Shown piece after piece: positions 35,704 to 41,006 of a stretch of DNA of 41,006 bases. This stretch comes from Seison nebaliae (taxonomy: Eukaryota). How positions within the stretch are numbered: the first letter of the stretch is position 1; every line of letters starts with the position of its first letter. The stretch spans positions 62,001-103,006 of the forward strand of contig JALJEE010002157.1 in assembly GCA_023231475.1 (NCBI GenBank), written 5' to 3'. The notes under the pieces are model-generated. The model had not been told where the DNA came from, searched no databases, and saw only the letters and a program-made list of their open reading frames with translations. The position numbers and the translations under genes were made by a program.

Positions 35704-37467
35704 ATGAACTTTTTCAAAAAAGGAAATTCTCTTTCTTTTTTACGTCATATTATTATTGAGAGTCGTCGAAATGCTTCGACAAATGTTGTCGCTCGTTTAA
35801 AAGAAGAAAGTGAAAAGTTGATCGAGAATGTTTCTCGTCAAACATCTAATCAATTTGAACAGAAAAAAGATCATCGTTTCCTCTTAATTCAACCAAGTTA
35901 ATTTTATGAAATTTCAAATTAAATTCAATATCAAATTCCTTCAAAAATTTATTTATTTATTCTTAATTAAATCAAAATACAGAAATGAAAAATTCAGCAA
36001 AAAATCGTCAACATTCTCATCCTGAATATCAATTAGAAGAGAATGAGACACTTCTTCATTCATTGTCTTCATCGAAATGTGTGGCCAGTCGAATTATGAC
36101 GTTATCACGAATTGGAACGAATACTTTATTTGGAAGTGGAAATATTGAAACAATTCGACATCTAATAAATAATAAAAAACTTAAAATTAATTCGGTTTAT
36201 TTTAGTATCGATCGATTGACTTTCCATCAAACGGAACAACTGGAGGAATTATTTAATGGAATTTCAGTTTATGATCGGTTCGTTCTTTTTATTCCTACTT
36301 TTAAGATGGAAATAATTTCATAGAATCCTCTTCCAGTTATTCAATCGTCTTAAAATTGTTTGAAGAGTCCAGTTCATTTTCATCAACCGAAATGAAATTA
36401 CAATTAACTTTAATGAAAATCAGAAGTAGTCGAATTAGAAGAAAAGATTTTGATTTATTTATGAAAGAAGAAAAAATTATCAGAAACAATCTCTCCGTAT
36501 TAGAAAAACAGAGAAAAATGATTCATGAAAATCGTCTGAAAAATCTCAATATCCCAATCGTTCCAGTAATTGGTTATACGAATTCCGGTTTTCAGCAATT
36601 TGCTTTTTAGAAAAAATAATTGATTATAATTTTTTAAATTGAAAAAATTTTCAAATTATTCTAGGCAAAACAACGATCATTCAAAAATTGACAAATTCTC
36701 AAGATTTGGTAGGAGAGGATCGATTATTTGCCACTTTACGAACGAAATTCATTCCACTTCACCTCCCACCAACTTATCAGCAAATTTATTTGATAGACAC
36801 TATCGGATTATTGACAGATCTTCCTATGAAAATGTTCGATGTTAATCCCTTCCAAGGAACAATTCAAGAAAGTTTAACATCTAATTTGATGTTACTGATA
36901 CACGATATCTCTCATCCGGACCACGAACAACAACTACGGACAGTTTTGGAAATATTTAATAAAGAACATCAAATTGTTAATGGGAAAGGAAAAAAGGAAG
37001 AAATGAAACCGAATATAATTTTAGTGAATAATAAATTCGATAAGTTATCGGGAATTTCGAAGGAAAAGAAAATAAAAATTGTGTTGAAAGAAAAAGAAAT
37101 TTTTGAGAAATATAAATGGAATTTAGTTGAATCATTTTGGACGGATTCGTTAAATGGAAAATGTGACGACGAATTCATTTTGAAACTCCATAACATAGTT
37201 ATGAAGACGAATAAAAAAGTGTTGGCATTAATTTTCATTTCTCCCTCGTCAACTGCATACCAATGGCTCCAAAAACGAAATCTTTTTCTTTTCGATTCAA
37301 AAATCCTGAAACAATTCCAACAGATGGAAAACATTGAGTTAATCAAAAGTGAGAAAAGCGAATTATCGACTAATGTTATCGAGCTACCTCTCTTCCTGCA
37401 TAAAAAACTACTTCATCAATTCCTCTCTAAATTTCCTTCATTTAAATTAGTCAAAACATTAACTTAA
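35704..37467 (+). CDS. GTPBP6: Mitochondrial HflX-family GTPase; 4 exons
   Basis: Basic presequence-like N-terminus, LFGSGNIE, VYDRYSIVLKLF, G1 VIGYTNSGKTT (split by intron 36588-36664), DRLFATL, DTIG, HDISHPD and NKFD. Other introns are 35897-35982 and 36278-36336. Confidence 0.9.
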
Positions 37468-37608
37468 ATTCCATTTCTTTCAATCGAAATAGTTTCAGTT
37501 GCTTCCGTACTTGGTTCATGACTTTCTCTTGCTATTTTAAATTCTTTTTTCAAAAAGTTGGTAATAAAATTATTGTTCATCAGTTCTTCTTTTCTATTCA
37601 TCTATTCA

Positions 37609-37945
37609 TAGGGATGTATGAAGTGAGCAGTTCCTTAAATTTTTACTCATACCCTTGCTCATTTTTACTCACTCCGTACATGTTGGCAAAAAAAGTTGTA
37701 TCTCGATTAATAGATAAATTTATCACTTTTGATCCTTTATGGTTTGATAAATTATTAGGTTAACGTTAAAGAAGATGAATTTAGAAGATTTTGTTGTCCT
37801 TGACTACTCTACTATGTGACTATTGAACTATTGAATAGAGATTCATAAGAGAGATGAAGTCTATTTTCCATATACTACAACTTTTCTCTTTTTCGTTCTC
37901 TTTCTTCCCTTAAATACTCATTTTTACTCACTTCATACATGCCTG
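37609..37945. mobile_element. Candidate hAT-like MITE relic
   Basis: The left end TAGGGATGTATGAAGTGAG and the reverse complement of the right end CAGGCATGTATGAAGTGAG share a perfect 14-bp inverted core (37614-37627 / 37927-37940). There is an internal degenerate copy of the right end at ~37658-37685. No matching TSD. Confidence 0.45.
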
Positions 37946-38300
37946 GTATAGAGTATACTCTATTAGTCTGTCAATTAGGCTGAAACCCTTTTAATTAAAT
38001 TAGGCTACTTATAGAGAACCGGGTGCCCTTTCTGAGTGCACCAATGTTCTATAGGATGATCTTATGGAACATTAATCTGGATTAATCTAAAGTCTTATTA
38101 AGATCCTATAAAATTTTTTAATGTTTTTCATCTCTCTAGGTGGATACTATATAGTATCTATATATAAATCCTAGTGTTGTGATTATGATCCGTGAGTCCA
38201 AAGTGATAAGACTCGAGTCCTCCATACATTATGGGAAAAAAAATCCAGACATGATAAGAGTCCTATACATACAAGGCTCGAGCCAAGCTATTAGCCAGGC

Positions 38301-40738
38301 TCATGCTTTGGCTCCAAGGTAGACACCTCGACACATTGCGCAAGTGATAAGCATGACGTAAACTTTTTCAACATCAACTGTTCGAAAACGACCTGCGTAG
38401 TCGATACCGATAATGTCAAATGAAGATGTTAACGTGTCCCTGAAAATTGGCAGTGGACTTTCGTCCTGCTGTAACGGTAGGACCTTGTTGCGACGACAAT
38501 GTCTAAATTCCCGAATTATCGATTTTACGCTTGTCCGAAGACGCTGGCAAAAGTATTGTTCCCGAAAAAGGAACATAAGTTGCATTGCGCCGCAGTGATA
38601 ATTCGATTCGTGTAGCGTTCGTATAATTGTCTCCAATATTTTCGAATCTCTAGGAATTACTGTGACATAACAATTGGCAGATCTCAAACTTCTAATTCGA
38701 ATCCTCAACATACCACGAATTAGATGAATGTTCTCCCGATAATAGGAGCTGGATCTGGGAATCGGTAAATTTCTCTCTAGACAAGCCAACTTACTTCCTA
38801 AATGGCTTCTTTGCTCATGGATGATGCGTGTGCTGCTTCGGTGAATGATATTGTCAATTTTCATTGAAATAAACGAACCGCCTTCCATACATTCTTCATG
38901 ACCCTGCACAGTTTTATCCAATTGTTATATTTCGTTATAATTTTGACCACAACCTCGTTCGACTCTAATGCCTTTGGTTCCTCGATCTTTTCGTCTTCGT
39001 GAAGGTGACAGAATTCTTCCGATAAATCCACAGTCCATTCGATAGGTTTCAACAACCAATCTGGAGGAATAACGTATTTCTCCAAGGATCGCTCTGTAAT
39101 CGGTGATGTTCGTGAAGAAATGTCCGCAGGGTTTTTGGTTCCCTCGTAAAATCGCATTGTAATGTTCTCGTATTTTCGAATTCTATTTATTCGGTTGTTT
39201 ACGTACACACATTTAAAAAATTTACCATTCTTAATCCGCATCAGATTGTCTTTTGAATCATCGCTAACTATCATTATATCGTCCATATAAGTATTCTGTG
39301 GTTTTGATTCGAAATTGAAATTATCAGACGATTCTCGGCATTCCTTCTTATATATATAGTTTAAAGACCGGGAAAATAGAGATGGCCCACAATTGATACC
39401 GAACGGCATTCGACAAAATTGATAGAATACCCAATCCCTTCCTTCTGGGATTGCTATCTGCAGAAATTTTCGATCATCCTCCTTTATAACCAATTGCAGG
39501 AAGGGCTTTTTTACGTCTGCCAACAATATTGACCGGTTAAGCCGACTTCGAATAAGTATCTCCATACTTATTATATATATTATTATATGGGTATACCATA
39601 CATCCATCATCCAATGCTTGATTCAATGAGTTTGTGCCAAACGAGGCATCATATACAATTCTCGCTTTACCATTATGCTTGACGGTAAAATAAGGCATAA
39701 CATAATGTAGGATTTTCGTCTTCTCCAAGATTCCTTCATCCAGCATCTTCCTGAATTCGGACTTCACGAATTTTAATTCTTCGAATCTTCTACTGAATGA
39801 GCACTTTATTCGACCTAATGCCTTCGTTATGTTCTCTTGTGGTATCTCATTAATCTTGAATGGAAGGCAGACGATTATTCGATTGTTGAAGTTTATCGAA
39901 AACGACGGATAATTTCCTTCCGCCCTTACATTATTCATTTTCGCAACATCATAACATCTTCTCAAATCAGCTTTGGCTTCAATGTGATGGCAGATTGTTT
40001 CCAATGAATGAGGGGTGCTACCCTAAATCAACGGACCCAGTAACGTGTCTATCGACACCAGATTTGATTCCAATTTCTTGGGTCTTGTTAAATTAACGAT
40101 ATTCCAGTATTGGTCCATCCCTATTATGACATCAATTTCGACTTTGAGAAAAATCTTTCGGATGTTCTTCTTGGGTATTGCACTTCCCTTCCTTACCATC
40201 ACATAAGGCAATATGGTGCCTTCTACGACAATCTTTACAGACCTACTTCTACATTGTCTCACACTGTGTCCCGGACGAAGGCAGTTGTAATCTCCAGACA
40301 TAGTCTCTTTCTTTCAACCATTCGTTTCCGTTCGATAATTGAAAGATTACATTCCCCGGCCGAATGACCATACGTGCCGCAAATGAAACATTTTATCGTA
40401 GTAGGAACCTTCTCGTCCATTAATAGATTCATATCGAACTTTACCGCACTCCTTTCTCTTGGCCGATCACAATCATCTTCACGAATTCTTTGAGATTCCT
40501 CATCAAGTAGGCTAAGTACTGGCTCAAGATAAATTTCTTCCTCCTTCCAAAATCTCCGGATCCACATTTTCCGTAAACCTTCATGGAGCTTCGAATGGAT
40601 TATTGAAATCGTCATGATTTCATGATTCTCGTCCTTAATACCCATTGATCTCATTGTTCGAATAACACCCGATAACTCTATGTAGAATCTTCCCACGTCT
40701 TGATGAGTAGAAATTATAAACGTGGGGAATTTTGCCAA
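38301..40738 (-). mobile_element. Degenerate, internally deleted BEL/Pao LTR retrotransposon (gag-pol fragments)
   Basis: Broken frames in BEL order: gag (IIHSKL..LRKMW), zinc knuckles (CFICGTYGHSAGEC; CLRPGHSVRQC), protease tail (IDVIIGMDQYW..TLLG), RT (RIVYDAS, ADVKKPFLQL, RMPFG, YMDD), RNase H end (NPADISSR) and integrase (H..HCG..; GIDYAG; LITCAMCRGVYL). Multiple stops and frameshifts. Confidence 0.92.
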
Positions 40739-41006
40739 ATTTAGTGATCCAAATAGCAGAATTGTATGTTGTTTTATTTGGCTAGTTCAATGTGAATTGA
40801 GAAGAAGATTTATGCATTTCTCAAATTCGCACAGAATAAAATGTCCCAGGTAGATTAAAGTCTATAATCAATGCAATTCGAATGTAATCCGTCCCCCCAT
40901 GTAGGAAAGACCAGAATCATGGGACAACGAATTTATATGCAAGGTCGCGCTCGACAATCCCAAGACGAAATTGCCGCAACAACACTCCTGGTTCGAAGAG
41001 AACAAA

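Noticed and set aside
40895..41006. Open + strand frame ERPESWDNEFICKVALDNPK... at the window end
   Set aside because: It is too short and truncated to call, and could be an exon or part of another repeat.
1..41006. CRISPR arrays, tRNA/rRNA genes, prokaryotic operon or defence systems
   Set aside because: There are no spaced direct repeats or RNA-gene signatures, and the DNA is clearly intron-containing animal sequence.

Overview
AT-rich, gene-dense animal genomic DNA with mostly 41-90 nt spliceosomal introns. The style suggests a compact invertebrate genome, possibly rotifer/syndermatan-like, but that is an inference. By manual splicing I can support 13 protein-coding genes: a signal-peptide JmjC/cupin-8 + EF-hand oxygenase, a MIIP-like protein, a LURAP/FAM89-domain protein, a ~1003-aa type I membrane protein with alternating Ig-like and HYR-like domains, a GT31 beta-1,3-glycosyltransferase, INPP5E, COG3, an N-acylated ~19-repeat ankyrin protein, AMP deaminase, a secreted fibrinogen-related protein, a 12-exon secreted orphan missed by the ORF track, a divergent MAN1/LEM2-like protein and GTPBP6 (HflX). 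Mobile relics are a decayed Tc1-like transposon with one TA-CAGT end, a hAT-like MITE, and an internally deleted BEL/Pao LTR retrotransposon. The most striking signal is that about 39 of 43 reconstructed introns start GTT rather than GTA/GTG, suggesting a shifted 5' splice-site code. Other notable points are an Ig/HYR receptor architecture, a strict 42/33-aa ankyrin doublet, a shortened substrate loop in INPP5E with an RFX X-box upstream, and a probable internal alternative first exon in AMPD. All gene models and family calls are by eye, without alignment tools.
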